Of a stretch of 49,356 nucleotides of DNA, positions 1 to 9,969 are shown in pieces. Under the pieces are notes generated by a model. The model saw only the letters and a program-made list of their open reading frames with translations. It searched no databases and was not told the origin of the DNA. This DNA is from a virus (taxonomy: Duplodnaviria; Caudoviricetes): positions 1 to 49,356 of IMG/VR virus record IMGVR_UViG_3300033153_005402, one strand, 5' to 3'. The translations under genes were made by a program, and so were the position numbers. The first letter of the stretch is position 1. Every line of letters begins with the position of its first letter.

Positions 1-114
1 AGCTGTTCCCCCCGCTATTGTTTCCTCGGAATCTACCAAAAATCTTTCATTGTCGGATCTAGTTAATACTGCCCCGGCGGGAATAATCGATCCGTTGTTG
101 CCGGTCGCCTCTAC
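1..114. repeat. Terminal direct repeat, left copy (circular assembly overlap)
   Basis: Bases 1-114 are identical to 49243-49356, and the baseplate J reading frame continues across the join. Confidence 0.95.
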
Positions 115-384
115 CGTTCCCGTTGCCTTGGTAGCTGGTTTTCTTTCAACCCCTCTTTGGGATGCATGTTTTTCTAGTTCCTCGGTTTGGGCCGTCTGAA
201 TAAATACCTGTTTCTCAATAGTCTTTAATGCTCCATAGTTTCCATGAATTGCCCCGGCATGATCCTTGTTTAAAATAGATAACGTTCCATCTATCAATCT
301 GGTATCCGCACCCTCTAATTTACTATCGTAATTAGTTTTTCCCCTGCTAATTAATTCGTCTAATGTTGGTCTTTCAAATGGCAT
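1..384 (-). CDS. Baseplate J-like protein (Mu gp47), N-terminal part, continuing at 49242..48199
   Basis: ATG at 384 gives MPFERPTLDELISRG...HAGAIHGNYG...RGVERKPATKATG, a typical gp47 N-terminus. It is open to base 1 and in frame with the 48199 ORF. Missed by the ORF track. Confidence 0.9.
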   Translation of the reverse strand, partial: MPFERPTLDELISRGKTNYDSKLEGADTRLIDGTLSILNKDHAGAIHGNYGALKTIEKQVFIQTAQTEELEKHASQRGVERKPATKATGTVEATGNNGSIIPAGAVLTRSDNERFLVDSEETIAGGTA

Positions 385-385
385 A

Positions 386-883
386 TTACTTTTCTCCCCA
401 TGGTATTTTAAACTGTATGGGTATTTTTTTCCCGCTATTTAACACAACATCAATAGTTACTTCCAGAGTTTGATAATCTACTTTCTCTGCCTCTATCAGA
501 ATTTCCTTTGCAAGTTTAATCTGAACCATCCACCGGAGACATTCCTTGATATCATCTTTGATAAGGTTAATATGTTCCTGGATAAGTTTTAGCCTTTTTC
601 TTAACCAGAGTTTGGAACCTATTTGGTGGCCCACTAATTCTGTAAAGTTGTCTCCCCACCACCCCCGGGGGTTGTCGGTTCCATCTGGGATCTCATCGTC
701 TGGATCCGCCCGTCTGTCGGTCATAACGGAAATATAAACATAAGTTTTAATAGTATCCTCGGTAACCAAATCCCCATTTTCTAAATCAATATCAACCTTT
801 CCCGTATTGGGATCTAGCACAAGGGCGATCTCCCGGGAGATTCTTGACCTCTCGGCAAAAGTTTTATCAATTGATTTAGCCAT
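386..883 (-). CDS. Baseplate protein, Mu gp46-like
   Basis: SVMTDRRA...RGWWGD...IGSKLWL motif, located between gp45 and gp47. Confidence 0.9.
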   Translation of the reverse strand: MAKSIDKTFAERSRISREIALVLDPNTGKVDIDLENGDLVTEDTIKTYVYISVMTDRRADPDDEIPDGTDNPRGWWGDNFTELVGHQIGSKLWLRKRLKLIQEHINLIKDDIKECLRWMVQIKLAKEILIEAEKVDYQTLEVTIDVVLNSGKKIPIQFKIPWGEK

Positions 884-1674
884 TACGTTGACCTCACAAA
901 AGGAGAACCACCGGCAATAACGCCACCGGCAACCGGATCGCCCACCCGGGCCACCGCTGGCCCTCCAATGCCGCCCAAGTCAACGGAGGGGGAGATAACG
1001 CTAACCTGGGGAGCAACAACGGAAACGCTGGCCCCCCCGTTTATATTTACTGCCCCTAAAACCGGGGCTAATAAGTTTATAGTTCCTAATGGTTGCATGG
1101 TTGTTAGTGTTATATTACCTAGTGCTGTATTTACTGCAACATTTAATTGGGAGTTGACGGTTACCCCACCGGCCGGAGTATTGACCACAACGTCACCACC
1201 GGCGGTAACAGTAGCATCTCCCGCCATTGTCGTATCAAGATCCCCGTCACCATCGATCTTAATATCGTTACCTTTTACCTCAATAGAACGATCCGCCTTG
1301 AATATAACCCTATGCCCAACCCCCTCCCCGTTCTTATGGGTATAAATACAGACCTCCCCGGGCTCTAGGCCTTTATGCCTGTGCCTCTTGTCATTGGTCG
1401 CTATTATGATAGCGTGATCCCTTTCTCCGGCCGGGAAAATGGCTATACATTCGGTATCCGGAAGGGGAACGGAATTGAACCCATATTCCTGGGGGCGTTC
1501 ACAATCCTCGGTTGTCTCGCCTGCCAGAAATCCCGCCTGGATTTTCTGCATACCCTCTGAATCCTTAACCAGATTGATTACACCCCTGCCAACCATTAGG
1601 ATAATCTTTTTAATCCAGGGGTCCATTATGGTCTGTACGTTCTTACCTAGTTCTCGCCAAGTGGTTTTTATCAT
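883..1674 (-). CDS. Baseplate spike, Mu gp45/gpV-like
   Basis: QEYGFNSVP, GERDHAIIIA and LEPGEVCIY motifs, a beta-repeat C-terminus, and the AVARVGD tip motif. Confidence 0.9.
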   Translation of the reverse strand: MIKTTWRELGKNVQTIMDPWIKKIILMVGRGVINLVKDSEGMQKIQAGFLAGETTEDCERPQEYGFNSVPLPDTECIAIFPAGERDHAIIIATNDKRHRHKGLEPGEVCIYTHKNGEGVGHRVIFKADRSIEVKGNDIKIDGDGDLDTTMAGDATVTAGGDVVVNTPAGGVTVNSQLNVAVNTALGNITLTTMQPLGTINLLAPVLGAVNINGGASVSVVAPQVSVISPSVDLGGIGGPAVARVGDPVAGGVIAGGSPFVRST

Positions 1675-2789
1675 GGGTTTTTATCCGGATCATATTCGGT
1701 TAAGGATTTTAGTTTCTGCCTCTGGCCGGTCGCCTTGTCGCTGGCCGTCTTTACCTCTTCTGGTGCCGGGGGGAATTGATAGGTTATCGGATGAACCAAG
1801 GTTATATGAGTCTCAAACCCTAAACCCTCTGATATTGTAAAGTTCACAGAGTTGATTAGATAAACTCCGTCAATACCAACAAACCTATCTTTTACCCGCA
1901 CCAATCTATTTATTTCCCAGGGGGTTTTGTCCTGGCGGAACCACCCGGAGGTTTTATAAGTTAACGTTCTTGACTGACCGGCCCTTTGGTTGGCCTCAAA
2001 GTTTGCCCGGTTCTGCATCCCCTGAATGTCTGTTTTAGAGTCTGCTATTATCACTAGCGGCCGCCAGCGGTCAACGTCTGAGTCAACGGCGATAGCGGAA
2101 CCGGAAATATAATCATTAAACGTTCTAAAGTCAGATGATTTATTCTGGCCCTTCACAATATAGGTTGAATGCCTTTCTGAGTTGTTTTGTGATATGCCAC
2201 CCCTCTTGACATTCCTTCCTAATTCAAGAACATCAAGAATGGATGTCGTTCCCGCCCGGTCTAAAATCAGATTGCCTATGCCGTCCGATAGCATGAGGCA
2301 ATTGTTTTGTTTGCACAACCGGGTAATAACATTGAATATCGTTTCCCCCTCATTAACCCGGAAGGATTCCAGATCCTTTAACCCTGGATTGGAAACCCTG
2401 TTATCTACCAGGATTCCAAACTTGCCTACCATGTCCTGTATTATCTGGAAAGTGTTTTGATTACGCCATTGCCCAAAACCCCGAATATCATAATGAGGAC
2501 ATTTAACCAAGTCCCCCGTCTTATCCATGCCGCTAACCGCTAGATTGTGGGATACCGTATCATAATCAATTGGCATATCTATGATATAGCCTTCAATTAT
2601 TTTATTACTTTGTAAATAAATAGAGGCGAGATCACCTACTTTGAAATTGTATAACCCCGGAGAAGGCGGTTTGTCTGCCGCTACCGTCAAGTCAAAGGTA
2701 GAGGATAATTGTTCCATTGATTTAACAATACTAGCCGTTGTCCAACCGTAGGTGTTAACCCCATTAACTTTTAATACCAATTCGGTCAT
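1671..2789 (-). CDS. Baseplate hub, Mu gpP/gp44-like
   Basis: GW..ASIVKSMEQL, GMDKTGDLVKC and RWRPLVIIAD motifs, plus synteny. Confidence 0.9.
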   Translation of the reverse strand: MTELVLKVNGVNTYGWTTASIVKSMEQLSSTFDLTVAADKPPSPGLYNFKVGDLASIYLQSNKIIEGYIIDMPIDYDTVSHNLAVSGMDKTGDLVKCPHYDIRGFGQWRNQNTFQIIQDMVGKFGILVDNRVSNPGLKDLESFRVNEGETIFNVITRLCKQNNCLMLSDGIGNLILDRAGTTSILDVLELGRNVKRGGISQNNSERHSTYIVKGQNKSSDFRTFNDYISGSAIAVDSDVDRWRPLVIIADSKTDIQGMQNRANFEANQRAGQSRTLTYKTSGWFRQDKTPWEINRLVRVKDRFVGIDGVYLINSVNFTISEGLGFETHITLVHPITYQFPPAPEEVKTASDKATGQRQKLKSLTEYDPDKNP

Positions 2790-4024
2790 GACGATAAAAC
2801 CTCTAGGGTTTCCCCGGCCGGAAGATACCCGGGATGAGTTATTGTTTTATTTCTATCAATAATCTCCTGTTCCCTGGTAACGTCATTGTATAACCGATAG
2901 GCTAAACCCAAGGCGTTCTCTGCCGTTCCCTGGCCCAATTCATAGGGCACAACCCTTGCCAGATTCGCCCCCTTGTCATTCAGAGATCGGAACGTCTGAG
3001 ATCTTAGGGTTTCCAGAGATTGGATCTTATCGTCCATGTCATCAAGGCTACCCATTTCTAAAATTAATTCCTCGAAAATATCCGCCAACTCTTCCCGAAC
3101 ATTCGCCAACTCTTCATAAGAATCATAATCAATAGAAACAGCATTTTTGCAGGCCTCGGTTAGTGCCAACTCCCGGAACATAAGAGAGATAGCCGCCTGA
3201 TTGTCGGCCTGCCTCTGGCGGTTGGCGGTTGTTACGTTAACGGGTATCAATGCCCCACCATAAATACTGACATCCTCTGATCCATTTGGTTTGCCAAAAT
3301 CATTTAGCGCAACAATGGATCGGTATGGTGCCAGTTTGTCAACTCCGGTTAATCCGGACATCTGGGAAAGAGTACCGGAAACAGAGTCAAACAAAGTATC
3401 ACCCTGTATTACATTGTCTGACAAATCGGCAATCTGTAAATCAATGGCCTCTTGGAAATCTGGATTCTGGCCGGTAAACTTGGTTGCCTCTTTTATCATA
3501 TTAAAACCTGATAGGGTATCTTGTTCCGCCCCGCCTCTAAGGTATTCAAAACCGGAGGCGTTGTATGCCAGCAAAAATACCGATTGCGCCTGACTAACAT
3601 AATCTAGGGCGGCATCCAATGTGAGACTATCTTGATCCTCGGTTGCGGCCGGGAATTCCGCCTCCCCCGTTTCCACAAAGGTTATATTGAAATCGGCAAT
3701 GTTCCCCCGGTCGGTTGATTCCGATTGGGTAAACTCCATTACGTTAACATTCAGGTTACCCCGATAGGGATGAACAAGGATTCCCGATTCCCCTTGTTCC
3801 AGGGCATCAAGTAACGAATCCCTCTGATCCATGTAATCCGGGCCCTGAACATAGCAGGCAACGGTAAACTGCCTGGGCCGCCTTCCCAGATCTTCTGATT
3901 GGACCTCTTCCCTCAAGGGGAATTCATGAACAACAGTTTTCCGGCCGCCTGAGTTTTCAATGCTGGTCCAACGGAAAGGGATACCCCTAAAGGAAGGCGT
4001 GAAAAGATTTCTTTTCCATGGCAT
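2786..4024 (-). CDS. DNA circulation/tail protein, Mu gpN/gp43-like
   Basis: SFRGIPF...GGRKTVVHEFP..EDLGR and LVHPYRG motifs, with C-terminal LAYRLY...HPG. Confidence 0.92.
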   Translation of the reverse strand: MPWKRNLFTPSFRGIPFRWTSIENSGGRKTVVHEFPLREEVQSEDLGRRPRQFTVACYVQGPDYMDQRDSLLDALEQGESGILVHPYRGNLNVNVMEFTQSESTDRGNIADFNITFVETGEAEFPAATEDQDSLTLDAALDYVSQAQSVFLLAYNASGFEYLRGGAEQDTLSGFNMIKEATKFTGQNPDFQEAIDLQIADLSDNVIQGDTLFDSVSGTLSQMSGLTGVDKLAPYRSIVALNDFGKPNGSEDVSIYGGALIPVNVTTANRQRQADNQAAISLMFRELALTEACKNAVSIDYDSYEELANVREELADIFEELILEMGSLDDMDDKIQSLETLRSQTFRSLNDKGANLARVVPYELGQGTAENALGLAYRLYNDVTREQEIIDRNKTITHPGYLPAGETLEVLSS

Positions 4025-4037
4025 GAGCTACCCCCTA

Positions 4038-5630
4038 TTAGCCAAAGGCATGGGCCCCGGCCGATATATTAACATCGGTATTACCCGTATTGGTTATCTT
4101 TTTGATTCTCGCACCCTTGGCCCCCTCCCCCTGGAGGATAACCCGGACCTCACCGCCTACCCGGTTATTGATATTCATACTTGGTTGGGAAATATTTAAT
4201 GGTTGTGCCGACTGAAATGCTCTAGCTCTAGCGGGGTCGGCTGGCAATCCCTCATTAGAACCACCACCAACGAAAACATCTTTGAATGCCCCGGCAATGC
4301 TACTACTAAAGGATTTTATTTTCTCTCCAACAAATGCGGTTACTTCTTTTAATCCCACGAGAAACCCATTCTTGAAATCTTGCCACCACTGTTTTCCAAA
4401 GTCCCATGCCGCACTTGTCACCGTACCTAGTATTTTGTTTAATGCTAAGGATATTTCTATTGCCCATTGCGCTAGGCCAACATCCCCAATCCTAATTAAT
4501 TGATCTGATACAACACCTAATATTGCTCCCAATGCCTTAAATGTTGCGACCACGGCGATAATTGCGCCAGCCGCAACGGCTGAAAACACCTTGGTTAAAT
4601 GGGCTAGAAATATAATTAGAAATTCAATCTTAGAACCTAGATCATCTGTCGGTCCTATTATTCTTTTAATGACAATAAACATATCTGAGAAGTTCTGTAC
4701 TACCGGGCCCATTACCCTTTTCAATGTGTCAACAAACTTAATCAATCCTGCCTTAATCAATCCCTTATTTGCGCCAATCCATTTAGAGATATTCATGGTT
4801 ATCTTTTCTATCTTGGGCAAGAGTCCACTTATTAGATTTCCAAAGTTAGCAAAGACAACCTTTTTTAATATGTTAAGGCTATCGTTTAATTTCTCGGATG
4901 AGGCTATCGTATCCTTATCAATAATCAATCCCATTTCGTGTGCCTGTTTAGCAAATTCTTTTATCTGTTTAGAACCGCCTTTCATGGTATTTGCCAGGGC
5001 GACACCTTCACTATCAAAGAATTTAAAGGACAATCTTACCTTTTCGGATTCATTTTCTACCGCCGCAATGCCATCTGCCACTTCAAGAAAAAGGGCCTCT
5101 GATGTTTTCAATCGGCCCTCATTGTCCTTCAAAGATATTCCCAACTGTTGAAAGGCTGGCAATGCCTCCCCCATGCCCTGGGCGGCCTCTGCCGATCTCC
5201 GGGTAAACCTCTGAAATGCCATGTCCAGAGTTTCGGTTTTAACTCCGGTCTGTTCCGCCGCAAACCTTAATTCCTGTAAAACGTCTGTTGTAATTCCTAG
5301 TTTGCTGGCTGTCTTGCCGATTCTATCGGCGGTCCCTGCAAATTTAAAAACCGCCGCCGATGCCGCCGCAAAGGCAACCGCTGTTATCTTCCCCAATTTG
5401 ATTATAGATCTACCGATGCCGATAGCCGCCCTGCCTATTAATCTTCCGGCGCTCTTGAAAGACGTTACAAACTTATTATTGATAGCCGCGATTGTCAACC
5501 GTTTAAAGGCGGTTGTTACTCTCTTGAGAGGTGCGGTTAATTTGGCTATGCCCTTGCCAACCTTCTTTATCGGTTGGGTTGCCTTGTCGATCATGTCAAA
5601 AACAACTGATAAAGTAAATTTCTTAGCCAT
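4038..5630 (-). CDS. Tail tape measure protein (short, 530 aa)
   Basis: Ala/Lys-rich helical sequence with hydrophobic stretches, directly after the tail chaperone. Confidence 0.85.
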   Translation of the reverse strand: MAKKFTLSVVFDMIDKATQPIKKVGKGIAKLTAPLKRVTTAFKRLTIAAINNKFVTSFKSAGRLIGRAAIGIGRSIIKLGKITAVAFAAASAAVFKFAGTADRIGKTASKLGITTDVLQELRFAAEQTGVKTETLDMAFQRFTRRSAEAAQGMGEALPAFQQLGISLKDNEGRLKTSEALFLEVADGIAAVENESEKVRLSFKFFDSEGVALANTMKGGSKQIKEFAKQAHEMGLIIDKDTIASSEKLNDSLNILKKVVFANFGNLISGLLPKIEKITMNISKWIGANKGLIKAGLIKFVDTLKRVMGPVVQNFSDMFIVIKRIIGPTDDLGSKIEFLIIFLAHLTKVFSAVAAGAIIAVVATFKALGAILGVVSDQLIRIGDVGLAQWAIEISLALNKILGTVTSAAWDFGKQWWQDFKNGFLVGLKEVTAFVGEKIKSFSSSIAGAFKDVFVGGGSNEGLPADPARARAFQSAQPLNISQPSMNINNRVGGEVRVILQGEGAKGARIKKITNTGNTDVNISAGAHAFG

Positions 5631-5793
5631 GTTCCGCCGCCTTTTCTTCTTTCTTGGTTATATAATTATGTCCCTCAACCCAGAAAGATAAGTCGTCTAT
5701 TATGTCCCAGGAATCCATATTGTCAGAAATACCAAACCGCTGGCCTACCGTCCACACCCCTACTTTCCAGTTAGGGGGGATACTTCTAAAAAA
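5623..5793 (-). CDS. -1 frameshift extension of the tail assembly chaperone (gpGT/E' type)
   Basis: Slippery T TTT TTA at 5793-5787. The -1 frame is open (FRSIPPNWKVGVWTVGQRFG...WVEGHNYITKKEEKAAEHG*) to a TAA at 5623, overlapping the tape-measure start. Confidence 0.75.
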   Translation of the reverse strand, partial: FFRSIPPNWKVGVWTVGQRFGISDNMDSWDIIDDLSFWVEGHNYITKKEEKAAEHG

Positions 5794-6095
5794 CTTGACA
5801 GAGCCTCAAACTTTATCAGATCTTCATAGTCGATCTGATTGATAGTTGATTCCGGCAATTTGTTTTGAACGGCTAGGATTATGGCTATCTTATCTTCTCC
5901 CGTATTATAACTAGCGGCCGCCCTTATTTGCCCCAGATTGGGCCGATAAAACTTCAATTCATATAACGGATTATTTTCATGGTATATCGGCCTTGATAAC
6001 TTGATAGTCAAATACCCTGGTTTCTTGGGCAAGGGTATCTCTTCCGTATGTTCTGGTATTGGGGCATGTTTAGGTTCTGGCATTTCTGGATTCAT
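5760..6095 (-). CDS. Tail assembly chaperone (Mu gp41-like)
   Basis: IKLSRPI...LKFYRPNLGQIR...LPESTINQID motif, between the tube and tape measure genes. Confidence 0.85.
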   Translation of the reverse strand: MNPEMPEPKHAPIPEHTEEIPLPKKPGYLTIKLSRPIYHENNPLYELKFYRPNLGQIRAAASYNTGEDKIAIILAVQNKLPESTINQIDYEDLIKFEALSSFLEVSPLTGK

Positions 6096-6110
6096 GTTTA
6101 TTCCCTTTTC

Positions 6111-6497
6111 TTAACTTTCAGGATTGATTAGTTCTTCCGCCTCATCGCCAAAGAACACAAAGGGAGTATCACCTTCCCCGGCGGTTACTTCGGCCTCACC
6201 ACTACAAGAGGCATTGCGGATAATATAAACTTTTCCCAACTGTCCCTTGTGGGAAACAGATTCAAAGGTAATAACCCCATTGGTTACATCCTTGATATCG
6301 GAAAGTTTTATATTAGATTTGTCGGTAACGCTAAAGGTTACCCTGGAGGCCCTGGGAGTTTCGGAAAACCCGTCAAGGCCGGTTGATCCCATAATGGGTT
6401 CTCTGGTAACCCCACCAAGATCACAAGTTGCCCCTGGTTTAGACCGTACTATTTTACCATTTACTCTTATATTCGCCATTCCTGTGACAATAGCCAT
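6111..6497 (-). CDS. Tail tube protein, Mu gpM-like
   Basis: TGMANIRVNG...LGGVTREPIMG..GFSETP motif, follows the sheath gene. Confidence 0.88.
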   Translation of the reverse strand: MAIVTGMANIRVNGKIVRSKPGATCDLGGVTREPIMGSTGLDGFSETPRASRVTFSVTDKSNIKLSDIKDVTNGVITFESVSHKGQLGKVYIIRNASCSGEAEVTAGEGDTPFVFFGDEAEELINPES

Positions 6498-6517
6498 TTA
6501 TAACCCCCTTTCAGGTA

Positions 6518-7990
6518 TTACAGTTTATACTTTAGTTTCATTGCCAACACCCTTAACTGATTAACCAGATCAGGGGGGCCCATCATGTCAACTCGGTTTC
6601 TATCTTCCGCATTGCGGATCGCCACAACCTCATCAACAAACTGACCGGCTACGTTTTCCACCCACCCCTTGTCCTCAAATTCTCCCATGATAGCGATCAA
6701 CTCGGTCTTAAGATCGATAGGCCGGACAATGGGAACGTTTGCGATAACCCGGGCGGTATCATCGGCCAGTTTATGGCGGGGATATTTAGACTTAACCCTG
6801 AATAACCACTGTTCAGAGATAGCCGCCAGAGTTGCGCCAGTGTTAATATCCAGATAAGAAACATCCGGGGCCCCGCCAGCATTCTTTTGATAGGTGGTAA
6901 TGTCTCTCTCAATAAATGCCCTGTCGCTCTCAACAACAAAGGTAGCGATCCCGTCATGTAACAGGGTTTCTCTTTCAGTTTCGATAAACCGATCAGCATG
7001 AACGGGCGGCACAACTCCCTCAAGTTCAACCGTCTGGTTGGGCCTGGAGGGATCAAGGTTTAATTCCCGGGCCTCGGTCGCCATATAAATGGCGGCGAAT
7101 TCCTCTGCCGGAGTAGGTACTTTGTAAAGGCCCATAACAGAGGACCATGGATTATTTCTGAGGTTCCCGTAGGTTGTGAGATTGGCTAAGGTATCAGAAT
7201 GGGCGGAAAAGGCTAAGGTATAATTCATAACCATTCCATCCCACCGATCATCTAACCAATCCTCAAGTATAACCATGTTAGCGGCATCGCTGTAAGGGTG
7301 TCCCAGGTAGCGGAAAGATTCTTCCCCGATAGTATCAAGGGCATCCTGGATATCGGGATCGTTTAATCCGCTGGCCATGGGGGTTATTGCAATTGAGATA
7401 CCGGCGGCGGTTTCGTCACCAATATTCATATTCTCCCGCATGTCAACACCATTCCCCAGAGTCCCGTCATTCCTGGCGGTTATGGTAACGTCACCGGCGG
7501 CATTACTGGCGGTTACTGGCAAGGTGACATCCTCATTGATAGCCGCCTCTATGGCATCGCCAACCTCGGAATTAGTATCATTCTTGAATACTGGAACGAT
7601 AAAACGGCGGCCTGCAATGTAGAGATAAACTGCCCCCTTTTTTGATACCGATCCGGTTACCGCAATTTCTCCGGTTGCCAACACCCCGGAGGCGTGATCG
7701 TCCAGAGAGACACAATACAACTCTGTTTTGTTATTCGCCTTTAGGGCCTTCTCAACCATCCGGGCCAGCATTGATCCGGTTCCAAAAAATACCTCCCCCT
7801 CTTCTTTAGACCTAACGGGAGTAAGAACCTTTTCCGCTACTGTTCCGGTTGATAGCCTTTGCCCAATCAAAATCATTCTCTGGCGCAATGCCAGAAGGCC
7901 GGGGATAGCATCGGTATTGTCGATTTCTACCCGGGTTCCCGGAACCCTGATATCTGGGTTGATCTGTAAAAAGGTAATATTCTCGGCCAT
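6518..7990 (-). CDS. Tail sheath protein, Mu gpL-like
   Basis: DIRVPG..VEIDN, FGTGSMLARM, DPSRPNQT, ITTYQKN, YPRHKLADD and PDLVNQLRV motifs. Confidence 0.95.
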   Translation of the reverse strand: MAENITFLQINPDIRVPGTRVEIDNTDAIPGLLALRQRMILIGQRLSTGTVAEKVLTPVRSKEEGEVFFGTGSMLARMVEKALKANNKTELYCVSLDDHASGVLATGEIAVTGSVSKKGAVYLYIAGRRFIVPVFKNDTNSEVGDAIEAAINEDVTLPVTASNAAGDVTITARNDGTLGNGVDMRENMNIGDETAAGISIAITPMASGLNDPDIQDALDTIGEESFRYLGHPYSDAANMVILEDWLDDRWDGMVMNYTLAFSAHSDTLANLTTYGNLRNNPWSSVMGLYKVPTPAEEFAAIYMATEARELNLDPSRPNQTVELEGVVPPVHADRFIETERETLLHDGIATFVVESDRAFIERDITTYQKNAGGAPDVSYLDINTGATLAAISEQWLFRVKSKYPRHKLADDTARVIANVPIVRPIDLKTELIAIMGEFEDKGWVENVAGQFVDEVVAIRNAEDRNRVDMMGPPDLVNQLRVLAMKLKYKL

Positions 7991-8196
7991 TATTCGCCCC
8001 CTTCCGTTTCGGGTATTGGTTTTTTAATTTCAGATACTAAGACAACATCCCCAACCTTGATCCGTTTCCGCCAGTAAAGGGAGTTGTTTACCTCTTCCCC
8101 CTCTTCTTTTAAGTACCGCCTTAATACGGTCCTATCCTTGACCATTCGGACAAGTAAACCTTTCCGGGCCGGTTTAACCTTGATTCTCTCTGGCAT
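7990..8196 (-). CDS. Mu gp38-like (DUF2635) small tail protein
   Basis: VKPARKGLLVR...EGEEV..SLYWRKRIKVGDV motif, just upstream of the sheath gene. Confidence 0.85.
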   Translation of the reverse strand: MPERIKVKPARKGLLVRMVKDRTVLRRYLKEEGEEVNNSLYWRKRIKVGDVVLVSEIKKPIPETEGGE

Positions 8197-8204
8197 GATA
8201 CCCC

Positions 8205-8810
8205 CTATTCCCTAACGTCTATTTTTATATCGAGATTAGCGTCAACTGGATCAACTGGTTTTATCATTGGTTCGTCACCTACCCCATATACTCTTAGGAA
8301 TTCGTCTGAATGTGTTATATCAGATCCGTCTGTTTCGTCAATATTAGTTTCAGCAAAGAAATCAAACTGAATCCACATAAAGGCGGGGTTCTGGTCGATC
8401 ACCCTCGCCCCGTCATACTCCATAGGTTTAATTGCGCCCGTTGGTTTGTAATTCAATAATGCCTTCAACAATTCACTTCTAACTTTATCTACTAATTCAA
8501 CGGCTGTCTGCCCCCGTTTATCTGACCGATTATCAAGGCAGGCGATAACAGCATATTCATTTCTGAGGATAATATTAATACTGGCATCCTCGTTATTCTC
8601 GGCTATGGTCAATTCGTCCAACCACAACAGATAGGCGGTATTTGGAAAGAAGGTGTTTTCCTTGGCCGATTCAAACTCGGCGGCACCGGCGACCATTACT
8701 TTTCCAGTACTAACTAGATTATCATTTTCATCTTTTTTCCTCTGGACAAACTGCCCATCTAATTCCAGTTGGGTTACCTTTATTTTCTGGATTAGCTCCG
8801 GTATGTTCAT
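8205..8810 (-). CDS. Putative tail terminator/completion protein
   Basis: VAGAAEF...DKRGQTA...LLKALLNYKP motif, plus position. Confidence 0.7.
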   Translation of the reverse strand: MNIPELIQKIKVTQLELDGQFVQRKKDENDNLVSTGKVMVAGAAEFESAKENTFFPNTAYLLWLDELTIAENNEDASINIILRNEYAVIACLDNRSDKRGQTAVELVDKVRSELLKALLNYKPTGAIKPMEYDGARVIDQNPAFMWIQFDFFAETNIDETDGSDITHSDEFLRVYGVGDEPMIKPVDPVDANLDIKIDVRE

Positions 8811-9268
8811 TACTCCCCTACAATCTTCTCTAGTTTCTTAATGATTTTAGGAGTTGCCCGTTTTAATGCTGGTCCTAAAAATGGCCGTTCTTCCATGTGC
8901 CTCGTTCCCTTTTCTAACCAGGGGGCATACTTTACATTGGTTCCGACAACGATTGTCAGAGGCCTTTCGTCTGTCTGCAACGAATTGGCTAGGTTGCCCG
9001 TGTCAATTGAAGGGGGGAAACCCTTTAGTGAGGGGTAATGTTTTATTCCCCTCTTAACTATCTTACCTTTTAAATTACGTTTTGCCTGGGTTACCCTTCT
9101 TCCTGTTTTATTTTTCTTGGTCTTAGCCATCGACCGTTGGGCATCCCCGATCAAAACAACTGCCTCGGTTTTCAACACCTTCCTTACCCTTTGTAGTTGT
9201 CCTATAGATAGGTTTCTTAACTTGTCTACAAAGGAATCAAGATCAGTATTGGTAACCCTTAGAATCAT
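8810..9268 (-). CDS. HK97 gp10-like neck/tail completion protein
   Basis: PPSIDTGNLANS...VGTNVKYAPWLEKGTRHMEERPFLGPA motif. Confidence 0.85.
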   Translation of the reverse strand: MILRVTNTDLDSFVDKLRNLSIGQLQRVRKVLKTEAVVLIGDAQRSMAKTKKNKTGRRVTQAKRNLKGKIVKRGIKHYPSLKGFPPSIDTGNLANSLQTDERPLTIVVGTNVKYAPWLEKGTRHMEERPFLGPALKRATPKIIKKLEKIVGE

Positions 9269-9269
9269 G

Positions 9270-9584
9270 TCACTGTTCCAGTTTTACTTTCAGAGATCCG
9301 GAGGTCCAGTTACCGGCCTTGATGCCAACCCGGTACCTTACTTTCCGGGATTGCACAACTTCTAGGCCATTGTAAAGGCCAACGGCGGTAAAGTCCTGGG
9401 TGTCCTCCCAACGTTCATCAACACTGTTCCACCTTTGAACGGTTACTGTTGCACTCCATAGATCTTCCGGATCCGGATTGCCCCAAATGGTAAGAGTAAA
9501 CTTACCAAATATTCCCACCTCATCGGACCACTGATTAGGACCACCTAATATTTTTTCAGTTATCATGATATGCTCCCTTGTCAA
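9270..9584 (-). CDS. Small beta-rich virion-module protein of unknown function
   Basis: Co-oriented ORF inserted between neck genes, overlapping its upstream neighbour. Confidence 0.6.
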   Translation of the reverse strand: MTREHIMITEKILGGPNQWSDEVGIFGKFTLTIWGNPDPEDLWSATVTVQRWNSVDERWEDTQDFTAVGLYNGLEVVQSRKVRYRVGIKAGNWTSGSLKVKLEQ

Positions 9585-9969
9585 AGTTTCTTTCTATTTC
9601 TTCGACCATTATCTCTAAATACTCGTTTCTTTCACCAACATTTTTTATCTTGTGAATCCTAAACCGCCTCATAAGGGGCCCATTGAAATCATAATTAAAT
9701 TCCTCTGTAAACTCCCGTTGCTCTCTTACCATAGAAATAAATAAATCTTTATGTAGGCCCCTCATGAAACGGATCGTTATCTTGTGAGATGCCACCTCTT
9801 CGGTATCCTTACCACCAACGTACATATTACCCCTGCCAGTGTTGGCAACGGCGGCCCACACCCTGGCGATGAAATTATATTGGCGATCAAAATTCCCATC
9901 CATGCGGGGAACCTGCTCAACTGATTCAATCCTTACCCGGTTCCTAAGTTTGTTAACCAATACGGTCAT
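9556..9969 (-). CDS. Head closure/head-tail adaptor (SPP1 gp16-like)
   Basis: LRNRVRI...VWAAV...SHKITIRF...ERNEYLEI pattern. Confidence 0.82.
   Translation of the reverse strand: MTVLVNKLRNRVRIESVEQVPRMDGNFDRQYNFIARVWAAVANTGRGNMYVGGKDTEEVASHKITIRFMRGLHKDLFISMVREQREFTEEFNYDFNGPLMRRFRIHKIKNVGERNEYLEIMVEEIERNFDKGAYHDN

Noticed and set aside
386-8196. Transposable Mu-like phage
   Set aside because: Only the tail is Mu-like. There is no MuA/MuB or Mor, and the head and packaging genes are HK97/PBSX-type
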